DNA of 56,862 nt, from the NCBI GenBank assembly GCA_965197425.1, contig CBDANC010000006.1:1-56862 (forward strand). Direction: 5' to 3'. Each line of letters begins with the position of its first letter. Position 1 is the stretch's first letter. This DNA is from Bdellovibrionales bacterium. GTDB taxonomy: Bacteria > Bdellovibrionota > Bdellovibrionia > Bdellovibrionales > JAUICD01. The notes beneath the pieces are model-generated. The model was not told the origin of the DNA, searched no databases, and saw only the letters and a program-made list of their open reading frames with translations. A program made the position numbers and the translations under genes. This document shows, in pieces, positions 26,026 through 36,267 of the stretch.

Positions 26026-27765
26026 TTGAATAATAAAAATCTAGGCGAGTTGATGGTCAAACAGGAGTTAGTAACCAAGGACCAACTAAACACCGTTAAT
26101 AAATTAATAGCCACCAAAGGCGGCAGAAAAAAGCTTGTTAGTTACCTATTAGACTTAGGTATGGACAGGCATAAACTCGAAGAGTTCTTTCTGGTCAATT
26201 TTGATATATCCACAATTAATCTTGCTACTTTTGATATTTCTGAGGATGTGCTGTCTCTTTTATCAAGGGAATATTGTGAGAAGTACTGTGTGATCCCTGT
26301 TACCAAAATGGACAATGTCTTAATTATAGCTAGTGCTGATCCTACAAACATAAATATGAAAGAAGATTTAAGTCACTTGGTTAGGTCTGAAGTTAAACTC
26401 GTATTTTCTACGGAAGAGCAAATAACAAACTCAATAGAACATTACTATGTAACCAATGTTGCTTATACAACACTTCTTACAAATTATGAAACTGAGGTTT
26501 TACAAGAATTAGACGATTCTGAAGAGCAAAAACTAGATGTACTAGACACTGACCTTAAATCAAACCTTCCTACAGTTGTTAAATTTATAAACTTAATGCT
26601 TCTTGATAGTATAAAAAAAGGAGCGTCTGATATTCATCTAGAGCCTTATGAAGACACCTTTAGAGTTAGGTTTAGAATAGACGGAAAACTCCATGAAATA
26701 ATAAAACCAGATAAAGCCATATCCTTAAGTTTGATAAATAGAATTAAAGTTATAAGTTCTCTTGCAATTGAAGAAAGCAGAAAACCACAAGATGGTAGAA
26801 TCAAGGTTGCTTTAAAGAATGGAGATGTGATTGATCTTAGGGTAAGTATCTTGCCTACACTGTTTGGGCAAAAATGTGTAATGAGGCTATTAAACTCCGA
26901 TAGTGTTTCTCTAGATCTAGAACAACTTGGATTGGAAGACCACCAACTTGAGTTATTTCGTAGAGCCATACATCAACCATATGGTATAGCACTATTAACA
27001 GGACCTACCGGTAGTGGAAAAACAACCACAATTTACTCAGCTCTAAGTGAGTTAAACAAACCTCATGTAAACATAAGTACAGTTGAAGATCCTGTTGAGA
27101 TAAATCTCTCAGGTATAAATCAGGTTCAAGTAAATAAAGCTGTAAAATTAGATTTTGCGGCAGCTCTAAGAAGTTTGTTAAGGCAAGATCCTGATATTAT
27201 GATGGTGGGTGAGATTAGAGACTATGAAACGGCAGAGATTGCAATTAAGGCAGCTTTGACAGGTCACTTGGTTATCAGCACAATTCACACCAATGATGCC
27301 CCTTCCACCATAACTAGGTTTTCCAATATGGGAATACCACCATTTATGGTTGCCTCTTCAGTGACTCTAATTGTAGCCCAGAGACTTGTTAGAAAGGTAT
27401 GTCAGGATTGTGCAAAACCTCAACATGTACCAAAACAAGTTCTTGACTCACTAGGCCTTTCAGAAGAAGAAATAAAAAATGCTACCTTTTTAGAAGGTAC
27501 CGGGTGCCTTAGTTGCAGTGGTGTAGGATACAACGGCCGTATTGCAATTTATGAAGTTTTACATATTAATGAGCAGATCAAAGATGCAATTTTTAAAGAC
27601 TTAACCTTAAACGAACTTAGAAGTCTCTGTATTGAAAATGGAATGCAATCTCTATTAAGAAGTGCTTTAAACAAAGCAGTACAAGGTGTTACCACCATAA
27701 AAGAGGTTACAGAAGTCTGTTTCACGGATGATTCTGACAGTGATGCAAAAAAGGAAGCTTCATGA
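26026..27765 (+). CDS. pilB: Type IV pilus assembly ATPase
   Basis: ASDIHLEP, GPTGSGKTT, EDPVE, LRQDPD, tetra-Cys motif; GGAGG SD before TTG 26026. Confidence 0.95.
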   Translation: MNNKNLGELMVKQELVTKDQLNTVNKLIATKGGRKKLVSYLLDLGMDRHKLEEFFLVNFDISTINLATFDISEDVLSLLSREYCEKYCVIPVTKMDNVLIIASADPTNINMKEDLSHLVRSEVKLVFSTEEQITNSIEHYYVTNVAYTTLLTNYETEVLQELDDSEEQKLDVLDTDLKSNLPTVVKFINLMLLDSIKKGASDIHLEPYEDTFRVRFRIDGKLHEIIKPDKAISLSLINRIKVISSLAIEESRKPQDGRIKVALKNGDVIDLRVSILPTLFGQKCVMRLLNSDSVSLDLEQLGLEDHQLELFRRAIHQPYGIALLTGPTGSGKTTTIYSALSELNKPHVNISTVEDPVEINLSGINQVQVNKAVKLDFAAALRSLLRQDPDIMMVGEIRDYETAEIAIKAALTGHLVISTIHTNDAPSTITRFSNMGIPPFMVASSVTLIVAQRLVRKVCQDCAKPQHVPKQVLDSLGLSEEEIKNATFLEGTGCLSCSGVGYNGRIAIYEVLHINEQIKDAIFKDLTLNELRSLCIENGMQSLLRSALNKAVQGVTTIKEVTEVCFTDDSDSDAKKEAS

Positions 27766-28712
27766 TTTTAGATGAAATTTTATCTTTTGGAAAAAAGATA
27801 GATGCATCAGATGCTCACTTAATTCCAGGCAATCTTCCAAGGTTTAGAGCTAATAAAAATTTAGCAAACCAAAAGCAAGGAGAAATTTTATCCCAGGACA
27901 AAATAAAAGATATTATTAGTGAAATAAAAAATCCAATATATGTAGATAAGGAGGGTAATAAGTATAGATTTAGCATAAACAGGTCAAATGGCAATATCTC
28001 TTTGCACATCAGATTTTTAAAAAATACCCTCTCTATAAACCAACTTGGCCTACCTCGTGTGGTGTCTGAATTCTCATCCTACAGAGACGGAATTATAATT
28101 GTATCAGGCCCTAGTAACAGTGGCAGAAGTACAACAGCAAGTTGTCTTATAAAAAAAATTTGTGAAGACAGACCAATAAACATAGCAACCCTACAACATA
28201 CAGAATACCTTGAAGATGGAATAAAGTTTGAAAAATCTGATGATATAATACACCAAGATACTGATGTATGTTTTCTAGAAGATCTGATTAAACCCATTTT
28301 TAAACTAGCTTCATCTGGGAAACTTGTTATTGCAACCATATTAAATTTTTCTACTTTGGGGGTAATTTTAAATTTAGTTAAAGGAAGCAATGAAAATTAC
28401 AAAGCACACTTGTTATCACAACATTTAAGAGCCATCATAAATCAAAGATTAATACCAGGTATTGATGGAAAAATGAAATTAGCCTATGAAATATTATTGC
28501 CAACCCCAGAAATAAGAAAGAGTATAAAGCATATGGATTTGGATATGATTCCAGAGTTTATTAAAAAAAATCAAGCTAAGGATGGAATTATCTCTATGAA
28601 TCAATCCATCTTAAGCCTCTTGCTTAAAAGAAAAATTGAGCTAAAGGATGCCTTTGGGATTACACCAGATCTAGAGGACTTGGATACACTACTGAAACAA
28701 TCTGGAATTTAA
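27762..28712 (+). CDS. pilT: Degenerate PilT-like retraction ATPase
   Basis: ASDAHL, QLGLP, GPSNSGRSTT, QRLIP..AYEILLPTPEIR..I, SMNQS; positioned between pilB and pilC. Confidence 0.75.
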   Translation: MILDEILSFGKKIDASDAHLIPGNLPRFRANKNLANQKQGEILSQDKIKDIISEIKNPIYVDKEGNKYRFSINRSNGNISLHIRFLKNTLSINQLGLPRVVSEFSSYRDGIIIVSGPSNSGRSTTASCLIKKICEDRPINIATLQHTEYLEDGIKFEKSDDIIHQDTDVCFLEDLIKPIFKLASSGKLVIATILNFSTLGVILNLVKGSNENYKAHLLSQHLRAIINQRLIPGIDGKMKLAYEILLPTPEIRKSIKHMDLDMIPEFIKKNQAKDGIISMNQSILSLLLKRKIELKDAFGITPDLEDLDTLLKQSGI

Positions 28713-28713
28713 C

Positions 28714-29919
28714 ATGAAAACTTTTGTTTACAAAGCAAGAACTCTATCAGGTGCTGTGGTCTCTGGGCAGGCAGTTGCTAATGAAATAAATGAAGTAAAA
28801 GCCAAGCTTAGAAATCAACACCTAATACCAATTAAAGTTGCGGTAAAATCTAAAGGTTTTCAATTTAGTGGTTTGGGAATTGACTCAGTTCCTCAAAAAG
28901 CGCTAGTAGCATCTACAAGACAATTTGCTACGATGATAAACTCAGGTATCACTGTATCTCAAAGCTTATCGATCTTAAAAAATTCTACAGATAACAAACC
29001 TCTTGCTAAAGTTTATGACAAACTAGAACAAAAGATTATGTCAGGTGAAAAACTGGCAGAAGGTATGCAGACTTTTCCTAAGGTATTTGACAATGTTTTT
29101 ACAACCATGGTCGAAGCGGGGGAAAAAGGCGGTATTTTACATGATGTGCTGAACAGAATGTCAGACTACACAGAAAAAAGCCATAAGTTAAAATCAAAAA
29201 TTAAAGGAGCTATGTGGTATCCTTTAGGTGTAATTACTGTTGGAACAGGTATTATTGGTTTTATATTGATATATGTAATACCAAAGTTTACTGAATTTTT
29301 TAAATCCGCCAATCAGGAACTTCCCCTAATCACACAAATCGTAGTAGATGTAAGTGACTTTATGAGAAACTATTGGTACGGTATACCAATTGCTATTATC
29401 ATAGCTTTTGCAACAATAGTTAGACTTTCTAAATTAAAAACTGTTGTGGAAGCCTATCACACTTTTATTTTAAAAGTACCTTTATTTGGATCATTAATTC
29501 AGAAAGCTGATATGGCTAAAGTATGCAGAACTATCTCGACTCTTTTACAAGCCGGGGTTGACATTACTAGTACTCTAGATATGGCATCAAGAGTATGTTC
29601 TAACACAAATATTGCTAGATCTATCAGTGAGGCCAGAACATCGGTTATTAATGGAAATCCAATATCTAAACCTCTGGAAAAGAATCCATTTATTCCATTA
29701 ATGGTAACAAAGATGATTGCCGTGGGAGAACAGTCCGGTACAATTGATCAGCTTCTATTTAAACTTTCTGATTACTATGAACATGAAGTGGAACAAACAG
29801 CAGAGACCCTGACCACTTTTATCGAACCAGCACTGATTGTAATTTTAGGTGGTATGGTAGCATTTATAATTATAGCCATGTATATGCCAATATTCAAACT
29901 AGCTGGTGCCGGTGCGTGA
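28714..29919 (+). CDS. pilC: Type IV pilus platform protein
   Basis: TRQFATMINSG, AGEKGG, IKGAMWYP, VGEQSG, IEP..MYMPIF. Confidence 0.95.
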   Translation: MKTFVYKARTLSGAVVSGQAVANEINEVKAKLRNQHLIPIKVAVKSKGFQFSGLGIDSVPQKALVASTRQFATMINSGITVSQSLSILKNSTDNKPLAKVYDKLEQKIMSGEKLAEGMQTFPKVFDNVFTTMVEAGEKGGILHDVLNRMSDYTEKSHKLKSKIKGAMWYPLGVITVGTGIIGFILIYVIPKFTEFFKSANQELPLITQIVVDVSDFMRNYWYGIPIAIIIAFATIVRLSKLKTVVEAYHTFILKVPLFGSLIQKADMAKVCRTISTLLQAGVDITSTLDMASRVCSNTNIARSISEARTSVINGNPISKPLEKNPFIPLMVTKMIAVGEQSGTIDQLLFKLSDYYEHEVEQTAETLTTFIEPALIVILGGMVAFIIIAMYMPIFKLAGAGA

Positions 29920-31568
29920 TAATGAGAAAAAAACTTAGTCTGATAGGCAATCTCACATCTACCAATACAGCCGATACGCCTTTTGACATAATGAGGCGCA
30001 TTTTTTTTGTAGAGGCGTTTAGATTAGGAATTTATACTTTAATCACTCTGTTATTTTTGTTTTTTCAAATCAAGCAAGCTCTATTTACAAGCCTTGGTAT
30101 TATTATTCCTACATATACAGTTTTAGGAGTAGGTTTTAGCCTTAACACAATATATTTGTTTTTATACGACAAAGTCTCAAAAGCTTTTTTAGTAAAAGCA
30201 ATGTCTGTTTTATTTTTCTTTGATGTAATTTTTATCTCTACATTACTTCATATAACTGGTCTATCACAGCCTCTATTTGTGTTTTTATATCTGATTAATA
30301 TTATATTGTGTGGACTAGTGTTCAAAAATACAACTACAATTTGGCTTGCATTATTTACCTCCTTTGCTTTTTGTATACTCATGATATTAAGCCCTAACAC
30401 TGAGGGTGTTGGTGTTATCTTGGGTATAAACAATCTAGCATTTTTTGTGATAGCTTTTTTGACAAACTTTCTAAGTAACCACATAAGTATTTTAGATAGT
30501 AAAATTGCTGAACAAACAGATGAAATAAGTAATTTGTTAAATTTAAACAAACTGATTATAGACAGTATACCATCTGGTATTATTGTCTTCGAAAATACAG
30601 GCCATATTATCTATCAAAAAGATATAATTAAAAAATATGGTTTTAAAAAAAGAAATGTCTTCGAAAATTTTCATGATCTAAGGAAAAATTTAGGCTCTAA
30701 AACATATGCAAAAGATGATATTTGTACTTGGGAAGAGTCTCATAAATTTAATGATATAGATTTAGTTTTAAGCCTAACCTTGGTGCCTCTTAAGACCAAA
30801 GAAAGTCACATTGTTATGCATGTTTTAGTTGTCCAGGATTTAACCAAGATTAAACAATTAGAAACTACATCTAGGCAAAAAGAAAAGTTAGCTGCTATCG
30901 GCACACTGGCATCAGGGCTTGCACATGAAATCAGAAATCCTCTTACAGGTATAAGTGGTAGTGTTCAAATGTTAAAGTCTAATGACTTTAAAAAAGAAGA
31001 AAAAAAGATGTTCGGTATAATTTTGAATGAGACTGAGAGACTAAATACGCTTCTGAATGATTTTTTAAATTATGCAAAACCCGGAGCAAACACAAAAAGC
31101 AAGGTGGATATAGCTGGTATCATAAGAGAAGTCTTGGTTATGATGCGGTCAAATAACAATAAGATCAACCAAAAAGTCCAGCTAAAGCCGGCGGTCGGGG
31201 TTTTGGGAGATTCTGATAAGCTAAAGCAAGTGTTTTATAATTTATTTCTAAACGCATACCAGGCAATGGAATTAGTGGATGATGCTGTTTTGGATGTAAG
31301 ATCTTATGTTGATAGCAAGAAATTATATGTTGTCATTAAGGATACAGGTCCAGGAATTTCTCAGGAGATAAAAAAGAAAATATTTGAACCTTTTGTTACC
31401 ACAAAAGCCTCTGGCACGGGTCTGGGCTTAGCAACTGTGTACAATATTTTACAAAACCATGAGGCAAAAATTGATGTTACTTCTAATAAAGGTACAGAGT
31501 TTGTGATAGAATTCACTAAGCTATGCAAGTTTGGTGATGTGTTAGATATTGGAAAAATAAAGGGTTAA
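29916..31568 (+). CDS. pilS: Sensor histidine kinase, PilS-like
   Basis: About 6 TMs, AHEIRNPL H-box, DTGPG, FEPFVTTK, GTGLGL. Confidence 0.85.
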   Translation: MIMRKKLSLIGNLTSTNTADTPFDIMRRIFFVEAFRLGIYTLITLLFLFFQIKQALFTSLGIIIPTYTVLGVGFSLNTIYLFLYDKVSKAFLVKAMSVLFFFDVIFISTLLHITGLSQPLFVFLYLINIILCGLVFKNTTTIWLALFTSFAFCILMILSPNTEGVGVILGINNLAFFVIAFLTNFLSNHISILDSKIAEQTDEISNLLNLNKLIIDSIPSGIIVFENTGHIIYQKDIIKKYGFKKRNVFENFHDLRKNLGSKTYAKDDICTWEESHKFNDIDLVLSLTLVPLKTKESHIVMHVLVVQDLTKIKQLETTSRQKEKLAAIGTLASGLAHEIRNPLTGISGSVQMLKSNDFKKEEKKMFGIILNETERLNTLLNDFLNYAKPGANTKSKVDIAGIIREVLVMMRSNNNKINQKVQLKPAVGVLGDSDKLKQVFYNLFLNAYQAMELVDDAVLDVRSYVDSKKLYVVIKDTGPGISQEIKKKIFEPFVTTKASGTGLGLATVYNILQNHEAKIDVTSNKGTEFVIEFTKLCKFGDVLDIGKIKG

Positions 31569-31611
31569 CTTATAAAAACAAGCCTCAGCGTTTAAGTAGG
31601 AAGTCTATGTT

Positions 31612-33003
31612 ATGAGAATATTGGTTGTAGATGATGAACATTCAATACGGGAATTTTGCAAGATTGCCCTTAAAAAAGCTAACTACGAGGTGACCTGTGC
31701 AGAAGATGGTGGTAAAGCTTGCGAGCTTTTGAAAAAGAAATCATTTGATATGGTTTTATCTGATCTACAAATGCCAAACATGTCTGGCATGGAATTATTA
31801 GACAATGTAAACAAAAATTACCCTGATGTTATTTTTATATTTATAACAGCACATGGCACTATTTCTAATGCTGTACACGCAATGAAAAAAGGAGCTTTTG
31901 ACTATATACTAAAGCCTTTTCAGATTGATGAGCTTCTTATCAAGGTCAAGTCAGCCTTTAAGCTAAAACATTTAGAACAAGAAAACAGTTTATTAAAACG
32001 TGAGCTTCAAATAAAAGGCGGTGTGGATCAGTTAATAGGTAACTCTGCATGTATGAAACCTGTGTACAAAATAATTGAAAATGTATCTAAAGTTTCAACT
32101 AATATACTTATTACTGGGGAAAGTGGTACGGGTAAAGAGATGGTGGCAAAGGCTATACACAATTTAAGCCCTCTCAAAGACAAACCATTTGTTACAGTAA
32201 ATTGTGGTGCTATACCAGAGCAGCTTATAGAGTCAGAAATGTTTGGACACAAAAAAGGGGCTTTTACTGGGGCAAGTTTTGATAAAACGGGCCTTTTTGA
32301 GGCAGCAAGCGGTGGAACGCTATTTTTAGACGAGGTAGGGGAACTTCCATTGAATATACAAGTTAAGTTGCTTAGAGTTATTCAAGAACGTGTGGTCAGA
32401 AAGGTAGGAGCAATAAACGATATCAAAATAAATGTTAGGATTTTGGTAGCCACGAATAAAGATTTGGAGCAAATGGTTCAGCAAAAATTATTTAGGGAGG
32501 ATTTATATTATAGATTGAATGTGATCTCGATAAATGTACCAGCTTTAAGAGAACGCCTGGATGATGTGCCTGTACTAGCAAATATATTTTTGGAAAAGTA
32601 CTCAGGTAAATTTTCTAAAAATATCAAAGCAATTTCAGATAAGGCCATGAGGTTACTCGGCTCATATCAATACCCTGGTAATGTGAGGGAGCTTGAAAAC
32701 ATTATTGAAAGGGCCGTTGCCTTGGAGAATACAAAGACTATATTACCAGAAAGCTTACCAGAGCTTACAAATAAAAAACCTGGCTCACAGAACCCTGAAG
32801 TAACAGATGATGATTTAGATCTGGAGACTATTATGGACAGATTAGAAAAAGAACTTTTAACAAAAGCTATGAACAAATCTAATGGCGTAAAGTCTAACGC
32901 TGCAAAATTGTTAGGTATAACCCTCAGATCTCTAAGGTATAGACTTAGCAAGTTTGAACTTGATGAAAACCTAAATGATTCAGATATGGAGGAAGCTTCT
33001 TGA
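31612..33003 (+). CDS. pilR: Sigma-54-dependent response regulator, PilR-like
   Basis: Receiver domain, GESGTGKE, GAFTGA, FREDLYYRL, Fis HTH. Confidence 0.88.
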   Translation: MRILVVDDEHSIREFCKIALKKANYEVTCAEDGGKACELLKKKSFDMVLSDLQMPNMSGMELLDNVNKNYPDVIFIFITAHGTISNAVHAMKKGAFDYILKPFQIDELLIKVKSAFKLKHLEQENSLLKRELQIKGGVDQLIGNSACMKPVYKIIENVSKVSTNILITGESGTGKEMVAKAIHNLSPLKDKPFVTVNCGAIPEQLIESEMFGHKKGAFTGASFDKTGLFEAASGGTLFLDEVGELPLNIQVKLLRVIQERVVRKVGAINDIKINVRILVATNKDLEQMVQQKLFREDLYYRLNVISINVPALRERLDDVPVLANIFLEKYSGKFSKNIKAISDKAMRLLGSYQYPGNVRELENIIERAVALENTKTILPESLPELTNKKPGSQNPEVTDDDLDLETIMDRLEKELLTKAMNKSNGVKSNAAKLLGITLRSLRYRLSKFELDENLNDSDMEEAS

Positions 33004-33698
33004 GCTGGGTGAAATACTTAGTTTGTGTAGTTGGTATATTTGCAATGGTGCTAACTTCTGCACCGTTGGATAGTGGAGCAGACTATAGGGTGTTTGTACC
33101 TCCGCCAAAAGAGCTTGTTCATTTTACCTTTGGTTTCAATGGCGCAATTGCATCTGCACTGTGGTTGAGATTGCTTAAGGATGTAGACATATGTGATCAA
33201 GATGATGGACAAAAAAGCATTAATAAAGGCGCTAAATTAGATGATATATTAACTTACGAGCTAAAAGAGTCCAGATGCTCTGCCGGTTGGACATATAATA
33301 TGATTGATAGAATTACAGATCTAAGCCCAAGGTTTTTGTATGGCTACTCTCATGGCGGTATTATTTTAAGTGTGCTGGTGGATGACAGAGAGGGAGCAAA
33401 AAATATTTTTGACAAAGGCCTAAAGGTGTACCCTGACAATTATTCGTTAACTTATTCAGCAGCCTATCATTACTTGTTTGAGATGCAAGATCCTAAAAGA
33501 GCTGCGGAGCTTCTTATTAAATCATACGAGTTAGGTGGACCTGATTGGATGGTTTCCTTGGCTGCTAATTTGTATAGTAAAGCAAATCAAAGGGAAGTGG
33601 GAATTTTTCTTTTACAAGATTTTATTTCTAAAAACCCTAACTCTCCTATGATAGAAAAAGTGAAAGAAAGGCTAGAGACCTTGCAAAATGAAAACTAG
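33000..33698 (+). CDS. Pilus-associated membrane-anchored helical/TPR-like protein
   Basis: N-terminal TM, LWLRLL, ITDLSPRF, KGLKVYPDNY; sits between pilR and the pilins. Confidence 0.65.
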   Translation: MSWVKYLVCVVGIFAMVLTSAPLDSGADYRVFVPPPKELVHFTFGFNGAIASALWLRLLKDVDICDQDDGQKSINKGAKLDDILTYELKESRCSAGWTYNMIDRITDLSPRFLYGYSHGGIILSVLVDDREGAKNIFDKGLKVYPDNYSLTYSAAYHYLFEMQDPKRAAELLIKSYELGGPDWMVSLAANLYSKANQREVGIFLLQDFISKNPNSPMIEKVKERLETLQNEN

Positions 33699-34269
33699 CA
33701 AGGGTTTTTCTATAATTGAGCTCATGATTTCTGTGGCAATACTAGGTATCCTTGCAGCCCTGGGTACCGTAAATTATAGAACTTATATTAAAAAAGCTAG
33801 AACCAATGAAGCCAGGGCAGTACTTTCTAATTACTATCGAGCTTATCATATGATGTTAATCGAATATGGCTGTGCTAGTGGTAACTTTCCAAATATTGGT
33901 TTTAAACCAGTTGGAGAGATGGCATATAGAATTCAAGCCGGTGATGAGGGTACTAACTGTAATGTACCTGATGGTTATTGGGATGAGCCTGGCTGCATTT
34001 CAACGGACAAAGAAGGGTGTGGTGGTTCTCCTCCAGATTGTTGTGTCCAAGTGGGCAGCAGAACTGTCTATGACAGAGGCTGGGAAGAAACAGAGACTGC
34101 TATAAGCTGTGGACCTGATGCTAGGATACCAGCTGCAACAAAAACACCTCCGATTGATACTGACCCTCATACCTTTGCGGTATTTGCATGTGCAAGATTT
34201 CAATATGAACAAAATGATGATATTTGGTTAATAGATGAATCAAAAGAAATTAGAAGTGGGCCCTTTTGA
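33688..34269 (+). CDS. Type IVa pilin
   Basis: KG|FSIIELMISVAILGIL, KARTNEA. Confidence 0.92.
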   Translation: MKTSKGFSIIELMISVAILGILAALGTVNYRTYIKKARTNEARAVLSNYYRAYHMMLIEYGCASGNFPNIGFKPVGEMAYRIQAGDEGTNCNVPDGYWDEPGCISTDKEGCGGSPPDCCVQVGSRTVYDRGWEETETAISCGPDARIPAATKTPPIDTDPHTFAVFACARFQYEQNDDIWLIDESKEIRSGPF

Positions 34270-34335
34270 GCTCCAACAAAGTTCATGGTTTAATATAAAA
34301 AAGAGTGTATAAACACAAAATAAGGGTGTTAAGAG

Positions 34336-34989
34336 ATGAAAAGCTCAAACAATTATATTTCCCGTGGTTTTACAATGATAGAAATGATGATAGTAGCTTG
34401 TGTCATCACTATTCTGGCTTTGGTTGGATTTGCTAACTTTGGTAGATACTCTGAAAAGACAAATAGACAGGAAGCAACAGCACTACTATCTCAGTACTAC
34501 TCATATGCCAAATCTGCCAGTGCAGAGTTTTTGTGTAATCCTGGAAACTTTGTGTCCTTAGGTTTTAATCCAGTTGGTCAAATTAAATCCAGAATTTTAG
34601 CAGCACCACCACCCGCTCCTTGCACCCTTCCGCTTGGCTACCCAAACAACAATAACGACTGTATATCTACAGCCTTTGATAAAACACACACAGAAGATGG
34701 AGGTACTGAATGTAGAGATCCACCTATTCCTACTCCGCTAGACGAATACTACTTTCCTTCATGGACAGAGACTGCTTCAATGGATGATGTTGCCAACAAT
34801 GAATGTCCTGATGTTAATGGTGTGAATGTTACAGCTGTAAACGATGGTGATAAACTAACTTTTAGAACCCTGGCTTGTCTGAGAGGTTCATCAAAACTCC
34901 GCACACCAGCTGTAGCATGTATCTGTCATAATGGTGTAATAGGCGGCAATGAAGAGGCATGCAGCAAAGATGACTGCAAGCAACCATAA
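34336..34989 (+). CDS. Type IVa pilin (paralogue)
   Basis: RG|FTMIEMMIV; shares GNF..GF.PVG with the preceding pilin. Confidence 0.9.
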   Translation: MKSSNNYISRGFTMIEMMIVACVITILALVGFANFGRYSEKTNRQEATALLSQYYSYAKSASAEFLCNPGNFVSLGFNPVGQIKSRILAAPPPAPCTLPLGYPNNNNDCISTAFDKTHTEDGGTECRDPPIPTPLDEYYFPSWTETASMDDVANNECPDVNGVNVTAVNDGDKLTFRTLACLRGSSKLRTPAVACICHNGVIGGNEEACSKDDCKQP

Positions 34990-34990
34990 C

Positions 34991-35018
34991 CTTACTTGAC
35001 TTACCTTACTTGACTTAC
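34991..35018. repeat. 14-bp tandem duplication containing TTGACT upstream of dnaJ
   Basis: CTTACTTGACTTAC x2. Confidence 0.7.
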
Positions 35019-35074
35019 ACGGAATAAATTAACATATTTCACCTTTTGGGAAATTTCCGCCTTTAAGGAGTTAA

Positions 35075-36169
35075 ATGCAGCAAGATTACTATGACATTTT
35101 GGGTGTATCTCGTTCTGATGATCAGGGCAAGATAAAGAAAGCCTATAGAAAACTGGCCTTAAAGTACCATCCTGACAGAAATCCTGGGGATAAGGAGGCT
35201 GAGGATAAGTTTAAACAGGCTGCTGAAGCCTATAATGTCTTAGGGGACAGAGAAAAGCGATCTAAGTATGACAGGTTTGGACATAGTGCCTTTCAAGGTG
35301 GAGCTGAGGGTGGTTTTAGTTTTTCTGATTTTAGTGTTGAGGACATATTCTCTAAATTTGGCAGTATTTTTGAGGGCGGAGGATTTGGTTCTGTATTTGG
35401 TGAAGATCTATTTGGTGGCGGAACTTACAACAGAGCCAGAAGAGGTAGCAATCTAAGATATATGCTGGAAATTAAGCTACAAGATGCTGTCCAGGGTTCG
35501 GACAAGGAAATAGAGTTTCAAAATCATGAGTACTGCAAAAAGTGTGACGGCAGAGGTGGTCTTAACAAAGATATAGTCAGATGTGATCACTGCGGAGGCA
35601 CAGGGCAGTTTACCAGAAGCCAAGGATTTTTTGCCATGTCACAGACCTGCTCAAGGTGTCGAGGTAGTGGTGAGATAATTAAAAACCCCTGTAAAACCTG
35701 TAAGGGTGCAGGTAAAACACTTGAATCTAAGAAAATTATGGTCAAAATTCCTGCAGGTGTGGATGAGGGGACTAGACTTAGAATCGCTGGAGAAGGAGAA
35801 GCAGGACCCAAAGGAGCAACCCCAGGTGATCTATACATAGAGATCAGTATCAGCGAACACCCCTTTGTTAAAAGAAAGGGAAATAACCTATACACAGAAA
35901 AAAAAATCTCGTATTTGCAGGCCCTTTTAGGAACTGAATTGGACATAGATACTTTCGATGGAAAAAAAAGAGTGACAGTACCCAAAGGATCATGTCACGG
36001 ACAATGCTTGAGACTATCGCGATTAGGAGTACCATTTTTAAACCAAAATTCCAGGGGTGATTTTATGGTGGTAATGAAGGTAGATATGCCTAAAAAATTA
36101 AACAAACAAGAAGAAAGGTTGCTAAGGGAGATAGCAAAAGTTAAAAAAGAGAAAATATCTTCCAAGTAA
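35075..36169 (+). CDS. dnaJ: Chaperone DnaJ
   Basis: J-domain HPD, G/F region, four CxxCxGxG. Confidence 0.97.
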   Translation: MQQDYYDILGVSRSDDQGKIKKAYRKLALKYHPDRNPGDKEAEDKFKQAAEAYNVLGDREKRSKYDRFGHSAFQGGAEGGFSFSDFSVEDIFSKFGSIFEGGGFGSVFGEDLFGGGTYNRARRGSNLRYMLEIKLQDAVQGSDKEIEFQNHEYCKKCDGRGGLNKDIVRCDHCGGTGQFTRSQGFFAMSQTCSRCRGSGEIIKNPCKTCKGAGKTLESKKIMVKIPAGVDEGTRLRIAGEGEAGPKGATPGDLYIEISISEHPFVKRKGNNLYTEKKISYLQALLGTELDIDTFDGKKRVTVPKGSCHGQCLRLSRLGVPFLNQNSRGDFMVVMKVDMPKKLNKQEERLLREIAKVKKEKISSK

Positions 36170-36267
36170 GATACTTTGTTGACAAATTGGCTTATAATAC
36201 ACAGATTTGGGGCTAGAATAAGCATGATACCAAGCCTTATAACAGATAACAAACAAGGGAGCATGTA

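Noticed and set aside
36170..36267. CIRCE operator or canonical sigma-70 promoter for dnaK
   Set aside because: No TTAGCACTC-N9-GAGTGCTAA seen; TTGACA and TATAAT are only 8 bp apart.
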